A stretch of DNA of 60,454 bases, counting the filler, from Sphacelaria rigidula (taxonomy: Eukaryota): NCBI GenBank assembly GCA_964200075.2. It is 5 parts of 5 records of this genome, joined end to end, with 100 filler letters (N's around TTAATTAATTAA, not from the genome) between each part and the next. Parts side by side here need not be neighbours in the genome. Positions count along the whole stretch, not along the records: positions 24,225 to 36,235 come from CAXNAA020004232.1; positions 36,336 to 48,345 come from CAXNAA020004233.1; 3 more parts are not named here. The stretch is one strand, 5' to 3'. Within the stretch, counting starts at the first letter, position 1; each line of letters starts with the position of its first letter. The notes below the pieces were generated by a model. It was not told the origin of the DNA. It ran no database searches and saw nothing but the letters and a program-made list of their open reading frames with translations. The translations under genes and the position numbers were made by a program. This document shows, piece by piece, positions 24,299-36,917 of this stretch.

Positions 24299-25836
24299 CT
24301 GTTTGTCAAACAGATGTTGCGCATGCTGCCGTTAAGCCGACCGGCGCCCTCGTGAAAGAATCAACCCGATCCTGTTACCCTAGGGTATGGGCTACATCAC
24401 CGCAATAAGGAGCCGACGTTCTTATTCGCGTAACTGCGGCGGCCACGACACCGTAAGCTGTGTAGTTAGAAATTCGTTGTCGAGACTTTCTGGGATCTTA
24501 TGAGAGCTCGGTCATCTTGTATGGAGATTGAGTTCCCAATTTCACCGGGTGGTGTACTCCGTGAGGAGCCTAAGGTGCAACACCTGTTTGTACGCGTAGC
24601 GAGCAGCTGCTCCCCTGTGGCACGGGTCGCCTACATCTCGCAACACCTGCGGAAAAATCCCACGATGATCAAATCGGTGTCTCCTGGCCTCGGATGACGT
24701 CACAGCACCAATTTACGAGTCCGAAGCAACAGGAAACGCTTCACACAGAACCATGTAGCCAAAGACCAGTAGGTAAGGAGAGTAATTGAATGTAATTCAG
24801 ACTGAGTATTTTGATGCTTTCAGCGCAAGGGGTGAAACGCCACTGACATCAGGGGGAGCACAGTCAGCAGGGTAGGCTGTGATCACACCCCGCAGAGCCC
24901 CAATCGTAGAATCATCGCTCAATGAAACTCATTGGCTCTTTCTTCGAGATGCACTGAACCGGGTTCAATTTTACAGATTCCCCCCCAGATCCCCTCCAAG
25001 ATGCATGCAACCTGGTTCAGATCCGAATAAAAGGCAGGGATTACTTTGTGCTGCAGACCCTATCGCTATGTGAGGCATTGGTGAAACCACATGATCGACA
25101 CCCTCCCTGTTTCGCTCATAGACAACACAAGTATCCTATACGCGCCAGCGCGCCAGCATTGGGATGGAAAAGATAAAACAAAGGCCTGGCCAGAAAAATA
25201 ATCTCTGGTCACGTATGAGACGTGTACGAATATCAAATTGTGATCGAGACAGAGTCCGGCCTTGCGTATGGCTCGGCACGTCATGACGATGTGTTTTACC
25301 CCCTCCTTGGTGGGACCCTTGATTATTTTGTAACCCACCCTTCCGAAAGACCAAAAAGGCGTTCTTCTCGCTGGTCGATAGCGCGGAGAATGCCGCATAC
25401 TGTTGAAAAAAAAACACGCACACTCAAAAGCCTCAGAAGAGTGTAGTTTATGCATACCACACCGGTCAGAGTCAGTACTGCAGCGGTACATTTCACCAGT
25501 AGAACGCAGCGCAGCACAGTGTCGCACCGCACTGCACAGCAGAGCCATATGTCCACCTGTATTGATCCCTGTCTCCGACACATATGTGTCTTGGTAAAGA
25601 GTATATGCGGAGAGATGTGCTAGCTAAATTCGAATGCGAACTAGTTTGTGTGCAGTAGCTGGTGGTGGCTCGTGTCCCTGATCACGCTCTCTGCCATTGT
25701 TGTGTATTGCAGTTGTCGAGTAGGCTCGGTTCACCAGATCTACCCGCTGTTTAGTGATGTGAGAAAATTGGAGGGGACGTGTTTACGGTAAGGGTGGATC
25801 GTTACCCCGGGCGGTCTTGCAGGGTTTTGGTTTATC

Positions 25837-28800
25837 TGATTGATTGATGCGCATCAACCGATCCCCCAGTGATCCAGCCGTGATCATAAAATAGAGAATC
25901 TCGCTCAAGCATTTTGAAGAGAAGAGAAAAGGTATAACAGACAGAGTAAACTGAAGGAAAAATACACTCACACACGCAACAAACAAACGAATCGCAACAA
26001 AGAGGGAAACTCTAGAAATGGCCAGCCTCTGCAATATGGCCTCAGGTGGAAAAGACCATGCGTAACACCAAAATTTACCCAATCGAGGAAGCAAAACGCC
26101 GCGGGAACAGATTGTGGCTAATCCGTTTCGGCCACACTATTCTGGGAGTTAATTCACACCTATGGACCCTACGGAAGCGAGGCACATAAGGCTGACTTGC
26201 GCACGCCGGGAGGAAAGAAACACATAGGACGAGAAAGAGATTTGGAAAGAGAGAAAAAATGGACCCCGGAAGTGATGGAGTCCATGGACATAGTACAGGA
26301 GAGCAGGTACAAACGCACAACCAGGTATCCCCTCAAGACCACGGACCAAGGAGACAATCAACAACGCGTAGTAACAGATAGAGGTACAAATTTCCTCGTT
26401 AGCCTAGCTTCCCCGGTTTATTCCTAGTCGGGTGCAAAGCGGGCCACTCTCTCGGCCATTTCCATCCTGCATTCCACGCGAGCTGTTGCCGTTGCTGTGT
26501 CAGCGGTGGAAGCTCTCCGATTGGTAGCTCTCGACACAGCAGCCTCTCGTGTGTAATGGTGGCTTGATTAGCTTTTTTCTTCGCGTCGCCACGTCTCCTC
26601 GAACTCTTCCACCCCTTTCTCGACTTCAATATGCCATTTTTCCATTTTCTTCGCCGCAGTGACCCAAACGTTTGCGTCTTTTACTTTCACGCTGTAAATG
26701 AGCCAGTTCCGTTGTGCCCCTTTGCGTGCAAGAGCCCTGGTGCACGTGCTCGTAATTTCTCCTGGAAGTTGTCCCCCCAGTATTTGAAGGGGCGGCCAAC
26801 CTCCTTGAGACTCTTGTGCGGGTAACCGTCCGTGCATGATGCGTTTCATGAGACGTGTTTCGTCCTGCCGGGCAAAGTCTCCCGCGAACCAGTTGACACT
26901 CACAGATGGTCGTCTCGATACGTTCGCAATTAGTTTTCTCGAGCACATCTCTGCACGAAAGAGTATTCTAACCGTTACGGTCCTTCCCGCGAAATCTAAT
27001 CGCTCGCAGAAAAATATTGTGGTGCGCAATGCGCAGACTTTTGAAGCCTTCGGAACGCAGCGTCCATGTATCACATCCGTACAACATAGCTTCCGTCAAC
27101 TCCGCTTTGAGCAGCCGGATTTTCAGCGGTAGCTGGGCTTTGGGTCGGTTGTAGAGTTGGGAACCATACTTTTGGAGGCGTGCCCATGCAGCGCTGGTGC
27201 GGCGGTTGATTTTGATGGAAATACTCGTATCTGCGCTAACAGCACCACCACGGTAGATAAACTTTGCCGTCTGCGTTAACCGCTGACCGGCTGCGCTGAT
27301 GTGCAGCGCGGTCTCTGCGGAGCGGGGTACTGACCATAGGCACATGTTTTCTGTTTTACTCTCCGATACTGTCAATCCGAACTCCTGACACGCCACCACC
27401 ACTACGGCTGTCATTCTAGCAAGTCCGTTTGGCGACCTCGAGGCTATGCCCGCATCACCCACACTTTGCATTGTCCCCATCGTCATCTTTTGGCGCATCA
27501 TCTCTATAAAACAAGGTTGTGATAATGGCTGGTCCGTCGCGATCCGTTGTACGAGGCGGCACCGAAGACGTTGAACAACAGCGGGGACGAAACGCACCCT
27601 CGCCTGAGTCTCAGGAAAACGGAACCACGCTGGTACTTCGCTACCATACAGCTGCGCCTAAGCTCTCATACCGTCGTGAAACATACGGATCACCGTGATT
27701 ATTCGCAGCGGGAGTCCAAATCGAGTAAGCACTTCCCACAGGAGCATACGGTCGACGAACTCGCAGGCCTTCTTCAGGTCGATGAAGCATGTTTTTCGTG
27801 GGATACTGCTCGCCCACCCCGACTCCTGTAGTCGGCGTACCATGAACATCATGTCGGTGGTCGATCGTTGGCGCCGGAATCCGCACTGCTCTTCCGGAAA
27901 CCGCTGCCTCCTCGCACAAATTACCGTGCCTGTTGGTTAGTAGTTCAAGGAGAACTTCCCCAGCATGCGCCACGAGTGAGATCCCCCTTTAGTTACTACA
28001 CTCGGTGCTATCCTTCTTGTGCACTCCTTTGATAGTGGAATTTTTCCACGCCTCGCAAGATGTCCAAATCGCAGCGATGATGTTATGGAAGTGGTACAAA
28101 ATCTCCAAGGGTAGGTCGAGTAGAGTATACTCAATTGCGGGGCATTTTGAAAGTCGTACTTAAATACACAAATAATGTTCGAAGACTCCTTGATCAATCC
28201 ACGCTTCGGGAGTTGAGCAGGTATACCATCCGGACCCGTCGTCTTGCCCTTGGCCATAACTCTCAGTGCCTCCTTAGTTTCACTCGGACTTGGCGGATTT
28301 CCAAGTCACAACGCTATCGGTCGCTGCGCAATGTTTTCGATGACGGCTTGATCGATAGTTGCCGATATGGCATGCAGCACGGAGGAGAAGTACCGTCCAC
28401 CTCTCACAGATTGGGTTTTGTCTCGCAGTAGGTTCCCGTCCTCGTTACTGATATACTACCCGCTCTCTACCTTTTATCCCGCCAAACTCCACCCTCCTTT
28501 CAGGTGTCTGTATCATCCCCTCGTGTCTCCTGTTCAAGTACACTCCTTCAACTCTCCAGCGCATACATCCAGATCACTGTCCATCCCAGTGTGGATCGCC
28601 TGAATGAGTTTCCTACACGCTGCTCGCGATGTGCGCCATGCCGGTTCATCTCTAGGTGCCAGTTGCACCGTCGACCTCGCTCCTTCCCTCTCTTTCCGGG
28701 ACTGTTCGAACCCCGTTTGGATGCCAGCATCCTTGAACCACCCCAACGTACGTGTCTTTCGGGTCCGACATGGTACCATATTCTCAACGGAAGTCAGGAG

Positions 28801-29660
28801 TACGTCGGCAAAGTTTGCAGCCAGTGCACCGACTGTATTGCTAATTATACCCTGCTTGAGCTCGCTGATGATGAGCTCGGTGAGCTACTCACATATATCG
28901 ATGCCAGAGATTATTGCTCTCTCTCGATCGGTTTCCGTCCAAGTGAGATTCGCCTAGGTCTACTGTGTGCGGAGTGACCAAGGAGTCGCACTCAGGCGCA
29001 TACGGTGGAATGGTCAGATTCCGGCGAGTTGGGTGGTAGAAGGTGAACGGTGGCATTACGAACAAGCCCGCGATGAGCTTGCCGTGTGAGGATGTAATCA
29101 GTGCTCTTTTCGTCCACGGGACGGCTCCCAATACCGTTGGACTTACCCGATGTGCTTCTCTTGGGGGTGAAAAAACACGTCTTGACCAGGGCAAGTCTGT
29201 TGTCGCCTGCAAATTGGAATAGAGAGGTGCAGTTGCTGCCCTTGATTCGGAAATCCCGGCCGTATGCCTCCACTTCTTTACATTCCTTCTCGCCTGTTCG
29301 TACCCCAGTCCTAGCGTTGGCGTCAATTGAAATAGACAGGTGGCGTTTATTGGGGATTCGGTTCAGAATGGTGTCCAACTCAGTGCAGAACATATCTCTC
29401 TCTTATCTTGACTTTGATGTGTCCGCAGGGATATGTACAACTACAAACATGGCAGCGTTTGATTTGCCTGCGAGGTTGAAAGTCATCGACATGCGGCCTT
29501 CGTTGATGAGTGCCCGAGTCCACGCCACCTTATTGGTGATCGTCTTTTTGACGGCCAACCCGACCCATGTCGTTCAGCCCTCCGCTTGCCCCCTTCCGCT
29601 TCGCAGCAGAAGACACGGTGTCTCGCGGCAATGCAGTCCATTTACCTGATTCTCAACCTA
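25837..29660 (-). mobile_element. Non-LTR retrotransposon (LINE, APE plus RT, RTE-like), degenerate
   Basis: APE motifs GVGLAVKK, IDANARTG, DYILT and SDH. RT motifs GPDGIPAQL, FIDLKKACEFVDR, SPLLFNVF, FGLTVSESKTE and MLYGCDTWTL. The 3' end carries an (ATCA)n tail at about 25837-25850. Many frameshifts. Confidence 0.92.
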
Positions 29661-29949
29661 CATGATGAATGAGCTCGCCACTGACCCCGCAAGGACCCAG
29701 GTCATCTGGATAGTACATCCGTGTCTTGTTCGTCTCTCTCCGTATAACTACTTGGATATTGTATAGGGCATATTCTCCCCGCGCCGCAATTTTCCTAGAT
29801 GAACGAAAAAATATCCCGTTTTTGGTCGCTGGCCACTTGACCGCTGCCCTCTGCTGATATGATTGTTTAGCACCGCCGGAAAAAATATATATATAGAATG
29901 CAAACAGCGTTTAACCTGAAGGTCGGGGCGCCATACTAATTGAGCATCC

Positions 29950-32900
29950 ACAGCTTGACGGAAGAAACAAGGCCTAATACGACGAAGTAAGCCAGACTTC
30001 AGTCATTGTAAGTTACTGCAGCCACCCGATGCTCATCAAAGCACCTCTGTGATGTTAAAAACATCACTGTCCGCAGACACAAACTTTGTTAGCTCGTCAA
30101 CACTTTGCTCGACTGGCGGTCCACACGCCGCGGGGATGATCTGCTCCACTTTAGCTTCCTCAAAAGACGGTGGCGCATATCCATATGTTTGCTGCTCTGA
30201 GGGCTCTGCAGAATATTTCCGAGTCGGAAAACCCCCGTTTTGCCCTCACATGCACTCAACGGAATACACATCTCATCCACTTGCAGTTGCCTAAGTTAAG
30301 CGCCGTGCTGAAAGTGTTTCCTTAAAAACGTCGCCGATTGCGGCATATTCTGCCTATGTAATAGACAATCACGTTATTTAGGGGTCCCAACGAAAAACCG
30401 ACGACATCCTCACAATAAGCACTGCCCTTTCCTACACCGAGCACCTATCATAAGATTCCGCGTAGTCAGCACCCTTATACGCCTACAATTTCTTGCGCAA
30501 CTCTTTCACACCAGCTGTGCCTCAGTGCACAGTAGAGTTAAGGTGCTCGATAATCCGCAACACAGTGCACCAGCCGGCAAGCGCCTGATTGTCGCTGTCG
30601 TTTTATACAGCTCTGACGGCGTGGGTGAAGTCCGAACGGGTGTTGTTAGAGAGATCGAGTACGACCCCACCACTTCCCGATACCTTCCCTGAAAGTCATC
30701 CCGCTTCTCGACCTTAACAGTAGATCAAACATGCGCGGGAGTGGGTGCGATTCTGGTGAAATTAATAGAGAGTCCCTCAATGATACATGAAGTAATCGCA
30801 GTTTGTGATAGCATAGGTATACCTCTCTCGATATCATGCCAGTACACGTACCCTACACACAACAGTAGTTCCTGGAGGTTCTTCGTGAAAAATGAGTAGT
30901 AGAAAGCACCAGCTAGCTTCATGTCTCCGCCTCACCGCGCACCATGACCATGTCATCGAAGTTTTCCACAAACAAACCCTAACTTCTTCTCCGCGAATCG
31001 ACCTATGGCTATAGATACAACGATCGGCGAAGATCCGCTCGAAGCCAGCTCCTCTGACGTATTTCCAAGTTCCGTGAGTCATTTCCTACCGCAGCGTCCA
31101 CTCTGTTGGCGGTTTGCGGGAGGAGTTGACGTAAGAGTGTCGGTATTTCGCCTTTCTTCTGATGGTCTCCCCTAAACACCAACCGAGCCGTAGCCATGAC
31201 CACCTGACGATAGTCACCCCCTCTTCATTAAAACACTCATTTTGAGTCAATCGTCTTCTCATCTTTCGACTGTGAGTCCGCAATCAGCCAAGTAGTTCTA
31301 CGTTACAAAGCTGTAATGTCTAGAACTTTGTATCGGTACCGATATACACCGACACATCGAGCCGATAAGATATATCGTATCGCGTCAAATCGGTCATCGG
31401 GACCGACATATCGACCGTTTGCTCTTACCGACAACATGGTATACAGGTATTTATTCGTTGGATAATGGCGTAATATACCGACGTATAGGCTTCAAGTAGC
31501 GCGCAGTACACTATCTTACTGTTTATCGTGAACGCGCTCGGTGTCGGGATCTGATGAATCTGATGACACACGGTCTGATGATGTACAGTCCGTTGACCCT
31601 GTGGATCCTCAAAGCCGTAACGCTGGCACATATGCTATACCTGAATTGGCAGCTAGATGAAGAAATCAGACGCACCGAGCACCAGGCGCGACTCGCCCAC
31701 CGCACCTTTCGTCTCTTTGCTGATTTTTTCTTCTCTAATTTTTGTTCACACTGCGATAGATGATTTGCGAGGTGGCTGCACGACCGTTTTTCAAGTATTC
31801 TTGGCCTGATTTCAAAGAGAAATACAGCCAGATCGCGTAATTTTTCTGCATCCGGCGGCGCGTTCAGTAAATTCCCCTCACTCCCCGGAGGGAACGCTTT
31901 TTCTCGGGGGTAAAATCCTCGGAACTCGTGACTACAGTATTAGCCTGAGGCCTAGACGATCAACCACCGATATTCAGTGATAATACCATCACATCATCTG
32001 CGACAATGCACCCACAGACGTGAATCGGTAAATCCTACCGACACACAAAAAATTCGATCTCCCTCTCCATCGCATGCATCCACACGCTCTCAGACTGCGA
32101 ATTGAAGTATATCGGTCACGAATATGGGAGCCTGGTCGACCTCATCCACAGGAACGTTTGAAATCGAAAACAAAATCGGACCAGCCCTTAGGTGGATCTT
32201 CCGGGGGCGCCCCATGGAGGCCTTTTGATGCCCGTAATGCCCGGATCGACGGTAGAAGTCCGCGACGCTAGTTGTTCACCTTCTAGATTTTAGAGGTCAA
32301 GCACAAGCTGCACCTCTTTTCCTGATCAACCACCACTGTCCGCGGTGCCGGTAAACTCACGTCTTCATCTGGAACGTGAGCCGCATCGCTGGCACTAAAA
32401 GTCAGTTTCTGTCCGTGATTTTGCATGTCAATCGATATTGTCCCATGGCCTACTGTTCGTACAGCTCGGCTGTTTGATGATGTCGCAATTTTGTTGTTGT
32501 ATAGTTCGTCGTCGAATATGCAGTCACCGGACAGAGTCATGTGAAATGTTACGGCGAAATCCACAATCTAGACGCCCTCGTCATTTTCAATCAACACTGG
32601 TCGATCGCGGTCAACGGCATTGATTGTGGAGACGAACTCGTCACTAGCGGCTACCCTCGCCGCAAAACAAAACAATTCACGGATTCTCGAGCCCCTAAGA
32701 GGTATACATGGCAGCCACCTCGTGAAAAATATGTTCATGGCCTTTCCCCCACACTTCTTACGTACACATTCTGCACATCACGACTCACAACGACCACTTT
32801 TTCTACACTCGAAACAGATCGCATTTTTCCTCGTCTCGAAGCCCTGCGCATCCGAAGACTTGCTTTTAGTCGCACCCCCACCGTCACTCTGTGCCCCTAT

Positions 32901-33900
32901 CATTACCTATCCCTGTAACGAGTGGTTGCGGCTTGCTCTCACGTCCCTTGTTGTTGTCTTTCTGGGCGGCGCCCCTGCCGTTCCCCTCCAACAGGGCACG
33001 GTTGTGATCAGCACCCTTCCAACCGCCCGTTCGTCTCGAGAACAAGAAATGTTCTTGACCATAGTACGTGCCCCATCGAACAACAGTGTATGTTGTCGTC
33101 CCATCAATTCTAGATGCCGGTCTACACCTTCCGGTATATGTGGGCGCACCAGCCGGGGTCACACAGGAGGAAGGCCAACACAGGAGTGCTTTTTTGTTGT
33201 TGTTGTTACTTCTCCATCTTGCTTCTGCGGTGCTTGGCTTCATTTATTATCGCGAGAGGGGTTCAGCAGTCCCTTTTCCTCGTCGACCATTAAGTCGCAA
33301 CAGTGTCGGTTCCTTGCGCAGGTGATCTCGCACTGCTGTATATTCTGGGGAAGGGGAATGCAGGAATCTGTCCACCACTATCTTCTCGGGAATCTCCACC
33401 ACTATCACCCCGTGTACAAGCACGCGACTGAATCATTTCGATGTGCATCCAGCCCTCAACGTATCCTGTCCCATACGTCACCTTCAACTGTGACATTCCA
33501 TCATGATGTCCATCTCAGCATCCGAATCATTGGGTGAATAATCACCATCCAGAGCACGTTGATCCCCGGTTCGCGATACAGTCTTCATGAGTGCATGCCC
33601 GGCCATTCCGTCTTTCACGGCGTTTTCTAAAAAGAGTACACGCAAATCTTGCCTTCTTGATGTCCGCAATACTCGCTGCCAACGTCGGCAACTTCTCTTC
33701 GCTGAGAGGCTCAATACATAACGGGGTGTCCCTCTGCTGTGCATCCTTGATACCATATGTATACGCGGGCTGTTCAACACCACGCTTGAACGATACCCAC
33801 ATGTGACCTTTGTTGTTCGCGGAACGCCGAATATCCCTAGCCTCTATTACCGTGCTACACGCTGTTGTTGTTAGCACAGCCGATCCTAGGTTATGAGACT
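29950..33900 (-). mobile_element. Ty1/copia relic, heavily decayed and internally rearranged
   Basis: Protease-like MDFAVTFHMT...VGHGTISI (32283-32564), RT ARLVFRGDHQKKG (~31150-31200) and RNase H SSKHMDMRHRLL (~30160-30200), all on the minus strand. No integrase core was recognised. Confidence 0.7.
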
Positions 33901-35420
33901 CAGACAGCACACGTTAACTCCATCGAAACCAGGGATGCCGAGACGAATCCGTCTTGACACATGAGCACCCAGGGGTGTCAGTACCTTTAGCGCCTGAGCA
34001 CGTTGCTTCCGCTCTACCTGTTGGGTGACCGGATCGAACGCTGATCAGCCTACCGAGTGGCCGTACCATCTGCACCGAAACCTATCGGGACTTCCTCCGG
34101 GTGTTCAAGATCAATCGCTTGATCCTGACCTGAGGCACCGGTAGTCCTCCCACCCGAATCCTTTGCTCCAAAACTCGCCTTGAAGCGTGAAAATTCTCTC
34201 TTCTCTTCTACGGGTATTAAATTTGTCCCGATGCGAACGTCTTGTTCGGCACCCGAGTCACTCTCTGGACACTCGCCTAACGCTCACAGCATCCGTGTTA
34301 TCATCTTCGTGCTATCATGCCCGCTCTGTTGAAGACCAGCGGTAGTATGTCGATGTCTCCTCATCTCAGATGAAGTCCCCGCACCGACTACTGGATCCAG
34401 AGTGACGAAAGGAAACGATTTACACCGCACCAACTGTGTTGTCCAAAGTACCATACAGCTGTATTAGTACTACTGCGGTAAATAAAATATAAATTGAGTA
34501 CGTTGAAATGACACTGAAAGCAGATGAGGCGCAAACAGCAGGGTACGCTGCAACCACATCCCGATACCCCCTAAATGATAGATTCATCACGCAATGAACA
34601 CCGCCGGCTTTCGTCTAAGATGTACCGCACCTATTTTAACCCTACAGAGCTCATGCTAGACCTATAAGGTCTGGTTCAGATCCACACACGAGAGATAACG
34701 CGATTGGGGCATCGCGCTGTCTATGGATTTACCCACCCACACTGTGACCACTCAAGCATGGTTCTTGCGGCGAACTAACCCGACCTAGTCGCCCCCGTTT
34801 CTTGAAACGAGTACAATGCCCCCTCGAACCCAGCAGTACGGAAACGTCCATATTCCGAGAGCTCTGCATGCCGTCATCTCCAACTTATCAAAACTCAATG
34901 GCCCAGGCCGGAAGTGAAGACGCACTGCTACGCCGACGACGACCGAGAACAGCGGTCTCTCAGCCCCGCTCCAAAGTATGCCGCGAGCGCGAGGCCGTGC
35001 GGAAACAGAAGGAAGGAGCGCTATACGACTCCATCGCGGACACGTTGCAGTATGGCCAACGACGAGCATGGCACTACGGGTGAGAGAAGGATAATTACAA
35101 ATCGTAAAATTTCGTTATCAGGTTGAATTTGTCTCCTGCAAAGTCACCATGGTTCACCAGCACTGCATCGTCTTTGATAAAGGGTCTGGTGACTGGGCTA
35201 CAGTATAATTGCTCCGCCTTGCACAGAGCCTGGAATTGCCGGAAATCTCATATACTCTGTGGATGCTGGTAATTTTGTTTCGAGGATGACACCGCATTGG
35301 ACCACGCACTTCTTGGCGGTTGTTACCCACTCTGCCCTCATGCACCTCATCAGCCCAACTATGCCCTTCGCCTGGTGTTTTTTTCTCCTTAGAGCGTGTT
35401 TGAATTCCGTTTTTGTTGAG

Positions 35421-35497
35421 TACGTCTATCATGACACTACGGCTGGACCCCTGGGGGGTCAGTTAAAGTGCGACAATCAATCAATCAATCAATCAAT
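35421..35497 (+). mobile_element. Retroposon 3' end with (CAAT)n tail
   Basis: ACGGCTGGACCCCTGGGGGGTCAGTTAAAGTGCGACAATCAATCAATC is near-identical to 60191-60256 and similar to the LINE tail at 25837-25883. Confidence 0.75.
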
Positions 35498-36161
35498 CTG
35501 GTGCTTAACTCTCGACCCTCTGTGGAGAATATAAAGCATTCTCTGACGAAGTGCCGTCCCCCACATGCACTAAAACAAAGACGGACGAAAACTTCCCCTT
35601 TTCCATAGCCCCCCCCCCCGAATTTCACCCCATCTCCCCATCATACCGCGGAAGGTACCGTAACAATCCGGGACTAAGCGGAAGTGCACCCTTAGCCGCG
35701 TCTAGTCGCTATGGCGCGAGAGGAACGCTGAAAATGGTTCGCCGCGAAGTGTCCGCATCAAGGGGGGGAGCGGCACTGGAAGACGACGAATCTGCGGAGG
35801 TTGCTCAAGTGGACGAGTGGTGCCCAATGTTGCGCAGCGCCATGTCAGCGTCGCCTGCAACTATGACCACACCCAAGGTTAGCGTAGTGTTATGCTTGGA
35901 GTCAGGCAGGTCTCGGTAGAGCAGAACCGAAAATGAAGGAGACACAGGACGGGATGCAAACAACGATGCACAAGCAGCTCGACTGACGTTCGGGAGTGAG
36001 CACACGACAGCAACAACTTCGTAGTCTTTCGAGGCCTTGGTGTTGTGAGAACGATCATAATTTCAACAACATTTTTTCGTAGATGAGTGCCTTCCATAGT
36101 AGGAAATCAACTTTCGACTTGGAAAATCCGGCATACCGAAATTCGAGCGTATTATCGACGT

Positions 36162-36205
<44 letters not shown>

Positions 36206-36235
36206 CTGCGCACCCTCGCGCACCCGCCCGCCAAA

Positions 36236-36335
36236 NNNNNNNNNNNNNNNNNNNNNNNNNNNNNNNNNNNNNNNNNNNNTTAATTAATTAANNNNNNNNN
36301 NNNNNNNNNNNNNNNNNNNNNNNNNNNNNNNNNNN
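36236..36335. other. Artificial contig linker
   Basis: Same linker structure. Confidence 0.98.
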
Positions 36336-36917
36336 CCGCATCAGGTACAGTTGAGAGAGCGATGGCCTAGCACAGGTACGTTCTCGGCCGATCGGTGGCC
36401 CAGATAAGGTACGATTGAAAAAGAATTCCTAGATCAGGTATACCCGGGCTAAATTTGGCCTACACAAGGTGAGCGGTTTCTGAAGGTGAGACGTCCGCTT
36501 TCGCGTGGCCATATTTTTCGAGTAACATGTTTTTTTCCGGGGTTTGTTTTCGAGACCGGGGTGCCAATGGCCCCCGCGAATGATGTGCGTGAAACATTCG
36601 TAGCGAAAACGGTCAAAATGGCATGTTTGGCTGTTTTCGCGTTTCTGGCCATTTTTCGTACCTTTCTTGGGTAAAAAACGAGAAGGTATACCTTTTCTAG
36701 TCCATTGCTCTATTCGTTCTCGCGAGAGGGGCTTAGCAGTTCCGTTCCCCCGTCGACCGTGACGTCGATTTTTTTGAACCCACGACATAAGCGCTCTCCA
36801 GCGTTGGGCATTGTGTGAGGAAAAATCCCAGATTGTGTGACTGCACCGAGATTCGAACGCAAGACTTCAACCATCCGAAGACCTCGAGTCTATCAACTGA
36901 GCCACCGGGGCGACCGG
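36336..36917 (-). mobile_element. tRNA-headed SINE-like element
   Basis: The minus-strand head CCGGTCGCCCCGG-TGGCTCAGTTGATAG (A box)...GCGTTCGAATC (B box) has no CCA or cloverleaf. The extent of the body is inferred and may run to the contig edge. Confidence 0.6.

Noticed and set aside
24300-24900. Tyrosine recombinase (DIRS/Ngaro) relic
   Set aside because: No convincing HSLR/GRW catalytic motifs were found.
32620-33537. 305-aa plus-strand ORF
   Set aside because: Antisense to the copia relic with no recognisable motifs. The same applies to plus-strand ORFs over the gypsy and LINE.
36840-36917. Functional tRNA gene
   Set aside because: A and B boxes are present, but the acceptor and T stems do not pair. 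Treated as a SINE head.
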